A stretch of DNA of 64,000 nt from Phoronis australis. Its lineage: Eukaryota; Animalia; Phoronida. Of the stretch, positions 21,301 to 36,300 are shown one piece after another (within the stretch, counting starts at the first letter, position 1; the number at the start of each line of letters is the position of its first letter). The notes under the pieces were generated by a model. It made no database searches and was not told the origin of the DNA. It saw only the letters and a list, made by a program, of their open reading frames with translations. The DNA lies in contig NMRA01000691.1 of assembly GCA_002633005.1 (NCBI GenBank), positions 62,001 to 126,000 of the forward strand, in the 5' to 3' direction. The position numbers and the translations under genes were made by a program.

Positions 21301-24300
21301 ACAAAAGTGGCATAACTAAAATTGCGTTCTTTTTATATATTAAACATATCTCAAAAAACGCTGTCACAGTGTTTTTGCAAATTATATTTTCCATACCATA
21401 TGCAATAAAGTGAAACGCTATAATACTAGCATTTAGTGACAGAGGTTTGAAGAATAGTACACAAAAAGAATCGTAAGGTTTAATTTGAATCTCGTGACGT
21501 GTTTTGTACGAAAGCCCAATAGTGCTTTTTTGAAGTGAAGAAAAATATTTCATTAGGTGATAGCCGTCAGATGATTACCTGGCAAACGCCACATAATCAT
21601 TTTTAAAACGATTTGATTGAACGACTACCGTATTGTCGCTTTCGTAATTCCTAATTACCTGACGAATGCCACCTCGTCACCTCTTAATTACCGTTAAAAC
21701 GAATAGATTGAACGACTTCCGTAGTGTCGCTTTCGTAATTAACTAGCAGCAGTCAGATAATAATTTTTCCTCTCTTCAAAATGGCCTTATTGGGCTCCCG
21801 TAGTTTTGAGATATGACAATTTGAAGTTAGTTATATTTCGACATGCTCCTGAGGTTACTAAAAATATTAACGCAGCGAAAAGGTTTTACTTCTTTTGTCA
21901 ATAGCAGTAGCTTCAGCTGCACCATAAGCAGGAAAACACGTCATTTTGGTACGTAGAGCACGATGTGCTGCGATTAAAAGCATTGGGAGTCCCTTTTGGT
22001 TGCATTTGAAAAGCCTGTTTTTAATGAACAGCAAACAGGGTTGAGCCGCCCGTTACACTTGTTTGCGTAACGTTCCTGTTACCCCCTTCATTTGTCATTC
22101 TTTGCAGTATTTCACACCAGCCGTGTCCCACTGTGTATGTCACTAGCATATGCTCTGTGGTGGTATTACTACATGTACGTCATTTTATTTCTACTTGAGA
22201 ATGAAACAAGTATGTTTCGAAATATAGTGTGTTTTTTATTCATGTCTCTTGGTCAGTTGTTCTGCTGTGGGTAAGGCTTTGCTCCGAAGATACGAACGGA
22301 ACGGAATAAAGACTGTTAATAACGAAAAATGTCGTGTAATAATCAGTTTTGCATGTCGAATAAAGAAAGCATGAAATAACTGGAATTAGTGAATGTTTAA
22401 CAATATTGTGAAAACCAAGTGCTCTCCAGTTTAGCCTATGTACTGTAAGTGTGTAAATGTGTTATAAAATAACCTTTTTAGTTTGGTAGTAAAGGTCTAT
22501 CTACAACTTAAATAACAAAATTAAAATGATTGGAATGACATTTTTAAACTTCTCCCCCAGGCTAATAAAATCACGAATTAGTCGTGAATTTTACATTTTA
22601 ATGTGAAGAAAAAATGTATCTGTTTTTATGACTAATGATGTACCTTATACAAATATTATTTGCAATGGCACACTTTACAGCATCGAATTTCATTGTTTAG
22701 GTCTATTCTGTCCCATTGCCAATTTGCCGAATTTACCAAATTTAATAATCTAAATTCAAAAACAACGCGCAAGTTTAATCTTTGGAACTGTTTGTACTTT
22801 TGTATAATACAATGTTTCGTGATGCCAAAGTCATCAAAACAATTCATTCCCCATGTCAGAAGCATATCTACAAGCCTTATGCACGTTGTTTACGTCAAAG
22901 GCCTTATGCAAGTTATTTGAAAGTGACGCAAGGTGACATTTCGTCATGAATATGGCCACGAACATGTAACTGCATGAACACATGTGGACGTTTGTACGGA
23001 TTACCTGCAACCACTGGACCTGTGTGGACGCCGATTCGCACCTGAAACGGATGCTGCGGAAGGTGGCTCATGTGGTATCCTTTTAATGCGTTGACAAAAT
23101 CAAGAGACATGTCACAGATTTCCTTTACGTGTCGATCGTTCCTTGTCGGTAGGCCACTTGCCACCATATACGAATCGCCTATTGTTTCTACCTTTCACGA
23201 AAAAATAGATAGGTCTAGAAATCGCTTGGGCATATAGCGAATGCTCTGAGTTGCTAAGCGGCATTTCGGTAGCGATATAGTGACACCATTTTTCAAACCT
23301 ATTAAAGGAGAATGCCACCCAAAAACAAACTATATTGTATCAATTTAGATCGAGTAGTTCTACTCGATAATGGCACGTTCGGTTGCGTTACCTGACACCT
23401 GACGGCAGACGGAGGTGTTGAAATTATCCAATGACGTAATTGGTTTCACACGCAGTCTGTTCAGCAGGCAGGCCAATTTACCAAGGTCCGTAGCAGCCGG
23501 GAGTTTGGGGTCTCAGTATTCTTCCGTGAAATACACACAAGAGAACCTAGATCTGAGTTGTTTATACTTTTGATTTTTTTAGTTTTAAGCACACAAAACG
23601 CTTGTTATCCCGGCCAGTGGCTCGGAACCCGATCACTAGGCCCGGCGTCGCAGCCGGACTGACTCCGCCCGGCCAGTGGCTCGGAACCCGATAAGGCCCG
23701 TCGCGGCCGCCGGAACTGGCACGAACATAAACCAGCTTGAGTTGGAAACTAAACTTCCAGTCACGAAAAGACTCTAATAGTGAGCCGAAGAAATAATGTG
23801 CACGTAATTATTTATGTGGATTAGCCACGAAACTGAAAATCTACTTACTTGTCGTGGGCCGCGAAGTCGGGTTCCACTTCCACAGACCGTCAGGGCAAAG
23901 GTTGTACAGTAAAAATGATTTGAATAATGTATTTGTAACATGTGACCATAGCATATAAAATCGAGTAATTGTTTCACAACAGCTTTCGTCTGTCAGCCAA
24001 TTCTGAATTAATATGCGCTCTCACGGCCTCGGTGCCCGATCAATTACCTTTATTGCCGGCACCAAAAGCCAGTAACGCAGTGCTTTATTCATTACTGGCT
24101 TCTCAACATATGCACTCACTAATACTGCATAGGCATAACAAATTGTATCTAATGTGATAGACTTTGTTTCAGTTTCATATAAGCATTGGTTAGGATGAGA
24201 ATAATTCATTTTGAAACAGAACGCAGCATAATAAACGTCTACATTGCAACTCGCCGGCGCCAATTCCGACTTGGTCAAGAGCTCATCCGACGAAGACTTC

Positions 24301-27300
24301 ACAGATGGCCCGGATCGTTCGGTTTCACAGGCTATCAGTTGGGACCGGAATACACTGATCAAGTAATACCAGAGAGGCGCCGTGAACATGCACTGGCAAC
24401 GGAACGTATGGATAGTTCTTTGGTAAGCCGGAATTCATCAGAGAAATCATTGTCGACCAAATGCCGGCCACAGACACAGTGATGTTTCACGTCCTCATAC
24501 TTGCTATTAACAGCATACCTTTCATTCTTCACTACTGCGAATCATTTCATAAGCATTTCGGGCTCTCGAGGAAGTCGAAAAAATGATATACCTGCTTTCT
24601 TCTCAGCTTCATAGTTCGGACACTAGGAAAGCGGGAACCGATGCACCGCAATAGAACGGCATTCACTCTGCAGACGAACCACTGACGTCGCTGCGTCGCT
24701 TCTCACCTTCCTCACAGGTTAACGCGACACCTCTCGGTAAGGTGAGGTCGACCGTATAAAAGGCGATGTGGATATAGACCGATTAAGACGGTAAAAGAGA
24801 CTAATTAAATGGGGTGGCATTCTTCTTTAATCCATTTACATCTGCCACTAGCCCATTTGCTAATGAACGCGACGCTTTGGTCAGTCGCTTCTCCGGCCAG
24901 TAAATTATGTGGTAGCCTAATAGCGGGCAATGATGCGCATTCTTGTCGGATTTTTTTTTGTTTATTTTGTTGGGCCATTCTGGGCCGAAGATTTGAAGAG
25001 GGAACCTATTGACTCGCTCCAGCGCTCCAAATGTGTGGTTACCTATGCAAAACAAGTTTTGAGCAATAAATCTGGCTCCTGATTTTGGCTAGTAGGAATG
25101 CGGGTTACACTAACCATCACAAATATTTTCGGTATCTTCCATGACGACTTTGTCTTAATCTACTTCTTCTCCATATAATAGTGAATTTGCAAGAGAGCCT
25201 ACGTGACACCTTCAAATGAAAAATCGTCATTTGTCAACACGAATGTGGCACAGTGGAACTCGTTCTTCTAAAAACCATGTAGCTCATGGAGAAGGCCGCG
25301 TCATGCTAACGTATAGTATAAATAAACTGGAGTTATTTTCGAATAGACCATCGGGTTTTAGAATGATTTCACTATTTTTGCAGAGGACTGTGCATCAAGA
25401 CTATTTTAGCAATCCTGTGACGAGTCACTTTATAATTTTCCGAAATAGAGCATGTTTACCGAGGAGCTAGGCGCTGGGATTTGTTGCATTTAGCTTGTTA
25501 TCTTTTCTATGCAAGAATTGTCTCATAGGCGGATTTAGGGAGGCGGGGGGCAGAACCTCCCTTGGCTGCTGCAAGCAAAATGAAACAGCAACAGCGTGAA
25601 GCGTTAGGAAATATCGAGTTCAGTAACTAGGACCGTAGCGGATGAGGGGGATCAGATCCCAGAGGAATCGTGTTCCCTTTTCTAGACGACCGATAGATTT
25701 TTTAACAGAAAGTCCACATCCCGGCCCCAGCAAATTTCGGGCCCTTGTGCACATACAGTAGCGCTCTGCCCAATTCCCCGAGGCAACATGTTGGGCCCCC
25801 CTTATGATATCCTAGATCGGCCAGACGGCCACTGTGTTTATACGCCCCTTACCTTATATACATTGTATGAATCCATGATGTCGTCAAGCAATACCGTAAC
25901 TTCTGTCAGCATGTTGACAATTTCTTGAGGAGTGCTCTTCGACGATATAACAGTAAAACCAACGATGTCACTGTTGAATATGGTCACAGACTCGTAGGAC
26001 TCGGGATGAACCTGTACTCCAGCTTTCAAGTCTTCGGCTACCTCTCTAGCAACATGGAAGGGCATATAACGACAAGCATTAACGTCAACACATAATCTGA
26101 TTTAGCAAAGAGCACAAAAGAAAGAAATAACGATAATTACGTGCTATCACAGAATACAAAACTAGGAGACGCCCTCAATTCGTAAAAAAGGAATGTGTCA
26201 GAACAAATTCCTGAAGCATTATTTATACACTGTATATGAGAAACAGAATCTCTTCGTCATCGTTGTTGGAACTTGACACATGCTTTGATAAATCATCTCT
26301 AGTCTTCGTATGAAGTAAGTGTACAACAGTATATTAAAATCAAATAACTTTTGTCATCACGAATTCAAAGGATCGTTCGTGAACATGCAAGCATGTGCAA
26401 AGTAAATAGCCACAGACTTCAGATTGTTAAAAGAAACTTTAGGTGGTCCCCAGTACTTATAACACCTAATTATTGTGCAATGGCGAAAATAACTGTGCAA
26501 AACTGTACTGTATCTCATTTGTAATGTTTGTAGGTGGCTGCCCGAGAACACTGTTAGAACATTCACGAGGCCAAGAGACGAGTGACAAAATTTACTCGGC
26601 GCAGCAACTGAAACTAATGACATACTAGTTCAAATCTAAAAGAATTGAAACAGATGACATCAAACGGGGAGTCATCGGGGCGATCGAACATGATGGCCTA
26701 GACGTCTGGAAGGATAACCAGTGCTATAGTGGTAAAATTAGAGGTAACTAGGCACTCAAAGCCCACCGTATCACCTCGAGTACTGAAAGTAACTTACGGT
26801 GCTTAGGCTCTACGCTCAAATGACAAAAGGTGGTTGGCTGCGCCTACGTGCGCCTACGCCCCACTACAGCACGGGCGCATAACATAAGACAGGGAACCAT
26901 TGAGCAAAATGTTTGAAGATATTTCTAGACCTACAGGTAGTCACACAAGAAAAATGAAGTTGCAACCTCTAGCCGCACCCCCCCCCACACATGGTACTAG
27001 GATAAAAGGAGCGGAGCAATGCCCTTCAGACTTATAGGGAAATAGTGTCGACATCACTAGAAAATCCTTAGGAACTAAGCCTTTGAGTGACGTGGCAAAC
27101 TATAGACCTTGGGCCCGTTCCAACAAAACTGACTCAGCTAAGACAAATCTTAAATTTTAGTAAATTTTAAGGCAAAACTTAAATTTGTCTCGAGACCGTT
27201 TCATAAAAGAGATAGTAAGTTTGAATTAAGTTTTTGATAAAATGTTTGTCTTAATTTCAACTATTTTACCGGATGGGGAAGTCATAAATGAACATATGTC

Positions 27301-30300
27301 AGTTTCTTGGAACGGGCCCCTTATTCATGCAGTCGCCATTTTAAAAATGAGTATCTTTTTAGGTTTTAAAATCAATACATTTGAGACATACATATATGTA
27401 GGCACGTGAAAAAATACGGTTTGCACTTGGATTAAGCGAAGAATACATTGTTTTTAAAAGCTTAAAGGAGTCTATTTGTAACATGTGAAGTGAATAAGGT
27501 GTATACATGGGTGAAAAATGCGACGAGAAAACACGTTAAGGACACCAAGAAAACAACTACTGTGTAATATTGGCAGTGTGACCGAAGCCAACTTAAGCGA
27601 CATCTGAGGCCCCTTCCAAGAAACTGACTTAAGTTCATTTTTGACGTAAGTCTCAGATTTGTCTCAACTTCCAAACTTTGAAACTTCCACATCCGGTAAT
27701 TTAGTCAAAATTTTAGGAAAACTTGAGTAAAAACCTTAGGTCAAACTTAAGATCTCTTTCTTGAAGCGGACTTGAGACAAATTTAATTTTTGTCTTAAAA
27801 TTGACTGAAATTTAAGATTTGTCTTAGCTAAGTCAGTTTTCTTGGAACGGGCCTCAGGTCTCGTGAGACACACATTTGACTTATGTGTAACCTCTCAACA
27901 GCACGACAAAGTGATATGTTAAAGAAAAACAATATATTTCAGTACTTTGGCAACATTCTGTACAGCAGTTTATCTGTCTTTTCTTTTGCTTCTCTCAGAT
28001 TCCCTGTGCGATCTTCCACTGCCTTCTCCAAACGTTTCGAGAATTCGTCTGCTCTTTGCAGGCGGTCATCTACCACATTCTTCCTGGTAAAATAATTTTT
28101 GCTTTTTTACACATCGGACAATAAAGAATCGACAAATTGTCATAAAATGTAAGATTTGAACGCCAACCCATTGTCTCGAGCTACTTCGTGCATCCTAAGT
28201 ATTACAAATGACTCCTTTCGACTACATTAGAAATCATCCTACCTAAAAATAAACTCACCAATTTATATCTCGCATATACACAGCACCGCCAATCATAATG
28301 TAATATACAAGTACACATGACCACTGTCAGTACAGTGACCCGATAATAATAACCTGATCCGGTGTAGTAAAAAATAATTGCAGACTGTCTGGTACATGTT
28401 GCATCAGACGTGCGCAGGTCACTTAGGTGGACCCATTGCGCCGATCACCTTTTGTGCATTATTAACATATAGTTTAAACCGAGTTGAAGAGTTAGAGACT
28501 GAGTCAAGGGATTAGTAGAGTGCCCCTGTGGGACTCGAACCCCCACTTTGATTAAAGGAAGTGGACACATATCCCACAAGGCCACACTTTTCCTTTGAAT
28601 ACTGGTGCGGGGGCGGATCCAGGACTTTGGGTTAGGGGAGTCAGGGCACAGGAATAACCAGAAATAACCAGAATTTCAGCAGATGCGCCTGCCCAGCCTA
28701 TAATGTGGGGGTGCAGGGTCTCGAATTCCTGTGTTTGCGGACCTTTTGACTAAAAAAAACGGCATACGGGGTTTGTTCAGGGCCTATGCAATGTTTATTC
28801 ACTCCCTGGTTGCGCGCGTGTGGTAGTCAGCAATTCGCACACAAACTTCCAAATGGTATTTGATAGAATTTTAGGGGGGACGTGGCCCCCTTGCCCCCCC
28901 CCCCCTAAATACTCCATTGTGGTGTGAGTAACAAATTATATCAAACCTTTCTCCAGACATGTTACACAAGTAATTTTTAAGATACTTCGTATCTGGTCTC
29001 TCTTCGGATGCCTCTTGCCAGCATGTTTTCATCAGCTTGGTCAACTCTCTGAACGCTTGTTCACAGATAGTCTCGTCTGTATTCCTATGTATGTAGGGTC
29101 GGTGAACAGTATGGGTTAAATCGCGACCCTTGTACAGCTTGGCAATTGTCTCGGCAAAGTAATCTGTTAACCAATTAAAGTCCATGGTATTCCACGTCAG
29201 AATGGTGAATTTTGTTCGTTTTAAAATTAAGATGACTGTGATGGAAAGATGATAATATCGATTGACCACGAACGTAATAAAAACAACACAATCAAAGTTA
29301 TGACAGAGATAGACTAAGATGTAAATCAGAAATACTGAACAAAAATACGACCACGTCTTAAATGAAAAATAAAATAAAACACAGCAGCATTCCATGTATG
29401 ACTGACAGAAAAATTGTCACTTATTTCTATAGTCGTCCGACTAAAGCATTTGTATCCCCTAAAAGGTATCTGGTGTCAGGAGAGGGTCACCTTGACAACG
29501 GCAGCAGATACTGGAGCGCAACCCATTGTATATCTGCTGTACACTTGCCTTTGAGGTATTTACTTTTTATATCTAACCAACTAAAGACGCCCTTGCGAAA
29601 TACAATCTCGTGCAGGATGAGTCCATAACTGTAGATGTCGCCTTTCATAGAACCATGTGGCGGTCTCGATTTGTGTGTCATGCGTAACAGTTCTGGCGCC
29701 GTCCACAACATAGCTACAAAGAATAGTAATCTACAAATCTATAAGCGTCACCTCTATACTTTCATAGTAGGCCTAATGAATATATTGTGCGATTGGATAA
29801 CTTGCTCTGTATTTTTATTTAGAACTAGTTTGCAGAAAAAACGGTCCCTGACGCATGGTTTTGTATCTTTGTATGATTAAAAAACGGGATCGAATTCAAC
29901 AACAGTCTCCTGGCGAGAAAATCTAGTCAAAATCACGTGATCTCATTGAAAAGACATGGCAATTTCTCGCAGAATCTCGCGAGCTCCTGCTTTTCTGCCA
30001 AGACATTAGCGTAATTTAACTCTACAAAGATGGCACCTTTATTCGGGTCAACTGAATGCCGTCTCCTGAACCGTCGAAGTGCCGGAATGCCATGGTCGGT
30101 AATCTTCAACACCCATCTGCTGTCCATAATGCAGTTTGTGCTTTTCAGTCGACCGTGAGACTTGACAGACGTTTGCGTATGAAGAAAGTGCAGACCCTGG
30201 AATGAACATTTATAGAACGTCGGAAAATTTACTTCCAAGCGACGGAAGCAAAGCTCCAGATGAACGTTTATTCAGACTGAATAGTATACATGGCTTCCTG

Positions 30301-33300
30301 AAAAACAGCTATTAAAACCTTGATTTATATAGCGTGATTGTTCCTAAAAATTGCCCTTGTTGATCATCGTCCAATCCGTGATTAAATTCACACGTGAAAT
30401 GATAATTTTTCATTATTTACAGATTCCGCATACCTGCGTGAGATCGTCAATAAGGGACATCTTGAAATACCAGTTGAGGGAAACGTCGTGATTCAGCAGA
30501 ACATTCTAAAAGAGAAAGTGCTGTTACTTATCTTTTCAATTCAGCGCATGAATATTAAATTTGTCTCCATCAGGTGAAACAGGAATCAGTGCCAGAGAGG
30601 GTACAACTATTAATTTTGATTTTTTTCTAAATCACGCATCTACCAGATTTGCGAGGTCCACGCAGCTTTAGCTAAAGATTAGGACAGGCGCAAAATTAGA
30701 CTTAATTCTACTTGATTAGGGGCCCTACAGAATACTCTTTTCTAAAAGCAAGTAATTGACGTGTAATACGATCTAAAAGAATGTGCAATGAGGCACGTGA
30801 CGAACATTTTTGTTATATTATGAACAAATCATTGATACTAATTGGAATTCCTGTCCGGTTAGCAAATGAGCCTACGTTACATCAAAATTTTAAAGAACAT
30901 TCATGCTGTCAAACTGTACAACAGTAAACATACAATGTACTGATTACCTGCAAACATCCCTCTGGTAAGTAGGTGTACAGCAAGAACATAACCGGGGTGC
31001 GGATTGCAGCACCAACGAAGCGATTTATGTTATCATGAGCCATTTGCCGAAGCTGCAAACATACAAGTACGTCTTTTAATAAAAACCCAGCCTCAATGCA
31101 CCAGTAACTAATGACCGATAGTTCATCCAAGCCACCATATCTGGTAAACTACGGTAAGTTTTTTAAAACTTACCGTAGTGTTCCACAGGCTTAAAAGCCT
31201 GTGGAACACTTCTAAATTCTTAGTTGCGTTTGGAAAGTAAGAATATTCCGTCAAATTAAAGTTAAAGCACTAAAGCTATAGAAACGGAGAAACACCTATA
31301 TGTAGCTCGTTGTCTAGAATCAAGAACCTTAAAGTATTTTTATAGAAACCAACACTCACCTCATTCAATTGAGCAAGAGTTTGCTTACTCAAAGATTCCG
31401 TGCCGATGTTTAACGGTTCTATGACTACCGGGATGCCTTTACATCGCCCAATATTTAAGGATTTCATAGCGGTGGTCTCCCACAAAATTCCAAGCGATCG
31501 CCGCGACACGCGCTCTTGAGGTAGGCTCAAACTACTTGTCTACAAAATAAATTTGGAAGTCTGCCAGCGAGCGACACTATATTCACTTGCAGGTGCTGAT
31601 GCATAAACATGTCAATTGTAAATACAAATAGAGACCACTTGTTGGCTTTGATTTTCACGTAAGTGCCTGAATACAGGCATTTATACAGGGTTGCGTTCCG
31701 TGGTGCAGCACATTTCTTGGTGAGATCACAAAAAGTCAGGCTGGAGAAGGATAGGCGTTTCTCCGATGGGGTACCTTAGGCGAATTTGCCCAAATGATGG
31801 CGCTGTGACTAATGCGACATTAAGTCGATTTTGTTCTGAGTTGATCGAATGAGTGAATAAAGGTGGCAATGATTCTATCACCATAATAGCGAGTTGATGG
31901 AGGTAACCAGGCCCGTAGCCAGGGGTTTCGATGGTTCGATCGAACCNNNNNNNNNNNNNNNNNNNNNNNNNNNNNNNNNNNNNNNNNNNNNNNNNNNNNN
32001 NNNNNNNNNNNNNNNNNNNNNNNNNNNNNNNNNNNNNNNNNNNNNNNNNNNNNNNNNNNNNNNNNNNNNNNNNNNNNNNNNNNNNNNNNNNNNNNNNNNN
32101 NNNNNNNACCAGTAACTAATGACCGATAGTTCATCCAAGCCACCATATCTGGTAAACTACGGTAAGTTTTTTAAAACTTACCGTAGTGTTCCACAGGCTT
32201 AAAAGCCTGTGGAACACTTCTAAATTCTTAGTTGCGTTTGGAAAGTAAGAATATTCCGTCAAATTAAAGTTAAAGCACTAAAGCTATAGAAACGGAGAAA
32301 CACCTATATGTAGCTCGTTGTCTAGAATCAAGAACCTTAAAGTATTTTTATAGAAACCAACACTCACCTCATTCAATTGAGCAAGAGTTTGCTTACTCAA
32401 AGATTCCGTGCCGATGTTTAACGGTTCTATGACTACCGGGATGCCTTTACATCGCCCAATATTTAAGGATTTCATAGCGGTGGTCTCCCACAAAATTCGA
32501 AGCGATCGCCGCGACACGCGCTCTTGAGGTAGGCTCAAACTACTTGTCTACAAAATAAATTTGAAAGTCTGCCAGCGGGCGACACTATATTCACTTGCAG
32601 GTGCTGATGGATAAACATGTCAATTGTAAATATAAATAGAGACCATTTGTTGGCTTTGATTTTCACGTAAGTGCCTGAATACAGGCATTTATACAGGGTT
32701 GCGTTCCGTGGTGCAGCACATTTCTTGGTGAGATCACAAAAAGTCAGGCTGGAGAACGATAGGCGTTTCTCCGATGGGGTACCTTAGGCGAATTTGCCCA
32801 AATGATGGCGCTGTGACTAATGCCACATTAAGTCGATTTTGTTCTGAGTTGATCGAATGAGTGAATAAAGGTGGCAATGATTCTATCACCATAATAGCGA
32901 GTTGATGGAGGTAACCAGGCCCGTAGCCAGGGGTTTCGATGGTTCGATCGAACCCCCCCCCCCCCCCCCCNNNNCCCCCCCTCCGCGGAAAAGGTCCAGA
33001 CCCAATAGCCTATCCGTTGAAGATAGGATACAGATGGACAATAACAAAATTGTTGCAGCTACTGGTACTACTAACTCCAAGGATTACTTAGTTAGTAATA
33101 ATTTTGAATTTGCTTCTAATTCAAAGCGCTTCCCGTAATCATCGGGCCGCACCCGGCCAACTTCGCCCGAGTTGTATTTGCTTAGATGACCGGATCGGGC
33201 ATACGATTGGAGGAGACTTTATGTTACTCATCGGCATTGAACACACGTGGTGGTTATACCGTAGGCAAGGGAGTCTAGAAGTAAATGTCTATGCCTAGCT

Positions 33301-36300
33301 AAGCTATATAGCACGGAGAGATGTCCCAAAAAGTCACAGTGCGATGTGAACGCCTTAAAATCTACCAAGAAACAAAACAGCAGAAAGTAAGTTTGTTATC
33401 TGATATTGCTTACTAGAATAGCACGGTAAAGCACGGTAAATAGCGAAGAGGTCGAAACCTAGCTCGCAAGTAATAGCAAAATGGCCACCATTCAAGCGGG
33501 AAATGTAGTAGTTTGAAACATTGCCTGCTCACCAGACTACTCCGAGACTCAAAGGCGTTTGTAACGACTATGTCGCTCTGGTTCACCATCCACGTCATTC
33601 TGCCAACTGTCACCTCAGCCTTTCTATGTCTGCATAACAAAATATTAACAGAATATTGACTGGCTATTCAAGAAAACGGAATTATTGAACCTTCTTGTTT
33701 TGAAGTTGCGTTGATAAACAAGATGCGCGTTATATGGACACATGAGCAAAGTGTTTCAGTGTCGAGTAAGGCGATAAAGTACGTTAACGATAAGTTTGCG
33801 TTTATAGTCAGTTTTGATATACACTAACAAGCGTTCGTCATTTAGTACAGCAGCTAAATCTAGTGAAAAAGCAATATTACGCGAGACTTTGCAAGATATC
33901 GTCATTGTTGCACAGGTAATGTACATTTGTACTATTGCAATTTGAATAGTGATGCTAGACATTGTCATAATTATATGAATTCTGAAAGCACAATGTCCTG
34001 TTCTTCCCTTGCCAATCAGTACAGGAGGGTCTGACATGTATGTCAGTCATGCAGAGCAGGAACAGCCTATTGCACAGCACGATTGGAATTTCTTTACTGA
34101 CTGAATCACCAAATGAAATTTTAATCAAGATTAACTTGTAAGTGGGAAAAGTTGAGTACAATTTCTGAAAGTAAGCTAAACATGTAAGACGATACAATAC
34201 TGTACCTCATAAAGGACGTAAGAACCACACTAAAGACTATGAACATTAGAAAGGATGTTATCCCCGTAAACAATGCTATCGTAACGTTATTTGGCTCCGG
34301 CTCTGGAACAAAGAAATTGAATGGTTGTAAAACGCATGTTTAGATTACAAATTAGCAATTGCAAAAATTGTTTCCAAGAAGGGTGTGTGTTTTGTCGTTT
34401 CAAATAGCAAAAGTCTTGAGGCTTCAGAAAAGCATTTTCCTTCCTAAAGAACCAATGACCTTCAGAAAAAATTCTGCCGTTCAAGAAACTAAATAATTCG
34501 TCCACAACAGGTTTATAACATGAAATGTAGTCCCAGGAGTCCAAGCTCCCAGCGCGATCACTTTTGCATTGTTGCGATGAGCAAAAACTAATACAAGGTT
34601 CACATGCCTTCCGATTTGAATTTAAGTTTCTTTAGGACGCTTAGTAATCCGTCTTCTCAAAATATACGAACGTCGAACGCACGAAAAACGTCTGATATGG
34701 CTTCCTATCTTCCGAACTTCAATCTGAAGTCATCCTACATTACCTTCCAGTAACGTGGATTGTATTGGCTCTCAATCGCCCATAATGATACCACGTGACT
34801 AGCCATAATATTAGCTTGTCAAGCTACAGTAACTACTTGTAAGAGGGCATGCAAGACGTCATCCTGAACGCTGGTCTGCATTCTAATCAGACGTAACATC
34901 TACCTTCTTATAAAAGTCTTTAACGCGCTACATGGTGCCTCCTTGGACATGATTCTTGGTCCACGATTTTACATGTGATGTTAGCGAAATTACATTTTAA
35001 AGAAACAAACTTACAACCTATGTCAAGCAAGGATTCCTTAGGTAGGTTCCCATCATTTAGTGACCATGGTTTTCTTATTCTTTCTAGCTTAAATGAAAAG
35101 TGAAGGCGTGTTTACACAATTGATTATGCTAGTCAACTGAAATGTTCTTTAGGTTTTTTATCTAAAAACCTGCGTTTTATTAAATAAAATAACACAATTT
35201 GAAAACGTGTTTCGGAATCGGACACAATTTCTGTTGGTTGTGCATGTCGCCAATTCACTGACCACTGTTGGTGAAATTGTTTTTTGTGTCTTAGATGATT
35301 GTGGGCTTCTCTGACCAACTTAAATTCTGCCAGATACAAATATTACCGTCTTCAATGGATGAATATTAATTTTCATTCCCGGACGATAAGTTCCTTCTTG
35401 TAAGCCCCAAACCAAGAAGCTAGGAATTCGGTCTCCGTCACTGTCCATTGTAACGTCGCCTGTCACACCTACAACAAAGTAGTTACATTGTAAATAACAG
35501 AAAAGGTTCAATGACCGCAGCAAAACATCTAATGACGTACCACACAAAAGTTTTGCTTGAGCTAAGGAAGTTTAATTAAACAGGAACGTGTACATCATTC
35601 AGACTCACCTTGGAAGGACAGCTTGCTTAAAAATCTCCTGAGAAGAGTCCCATTGGTAATAAGCGTAGGTGTCGAATTCAGATAGTGGAAATATAACAAC
35701 GCAGTGTCGTGGAGTAAAGGCGCTGTTACCGTCATCTGAAAACACCAGCAAGTTTCATCACAACTAGATTACAGCTAAAAACTCAAATGAAAACTCTAGC
35801 TAGGGACATTTAGTGTTCAGGCTACAACTTCTAGCTTTTATGCCGGGGTCATCAAGTGGAAACTAGCAATCTACGGTCATTTTCGAAAACCACAGCACAA
35901 AACAAGTTTCATACCATGAGTTTGTACAAAAGTAGAAAGGAAAGTGTGAAAGTAACTTCCCAGGGAGAAGCACAATTTCCGGCTAAAACTCTTCCTTCTT
36001 ACCAGGGTGTTCTATCGAGACAAGAACCCCGGAGTAAAACAGATATCCCGCAGTCGAAAACAATTTTTTTCAATTTTTCCAAGACCGTTTTCAGTAGCCT
36101 CAAACTTTGAGTTAAAGCATCTTCAAGTACTTCTCAGATGTTTTACGCATTTGTTTGTTGAAAATCGTTAAAGAAAAAACGTAACTTATAATGACGTCGT
36201 TGTTTTATTTTAATCTGGAAACTCGTGCAACCTGCCTGTGGGCGACTTTCAACATAATGTACAGGGTATACTCTCAACACGTTGATTTGTCGGTAAATAC

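Noticed and set aside
28510-28590. Functional tRNA genes here, at 55580-55646 and at 56315-56380
   Set aside because: A/B boxes are present but no complete cloverleaf is evident; two are attached to a shared SINE body.
32368-32547. Tandem (mutually exclusive) exon duplication in the cyclase
   Set aside because: Intron sequence is also near-identical and the copies abut an N gap, typical of an unmerged haplotype overlap.
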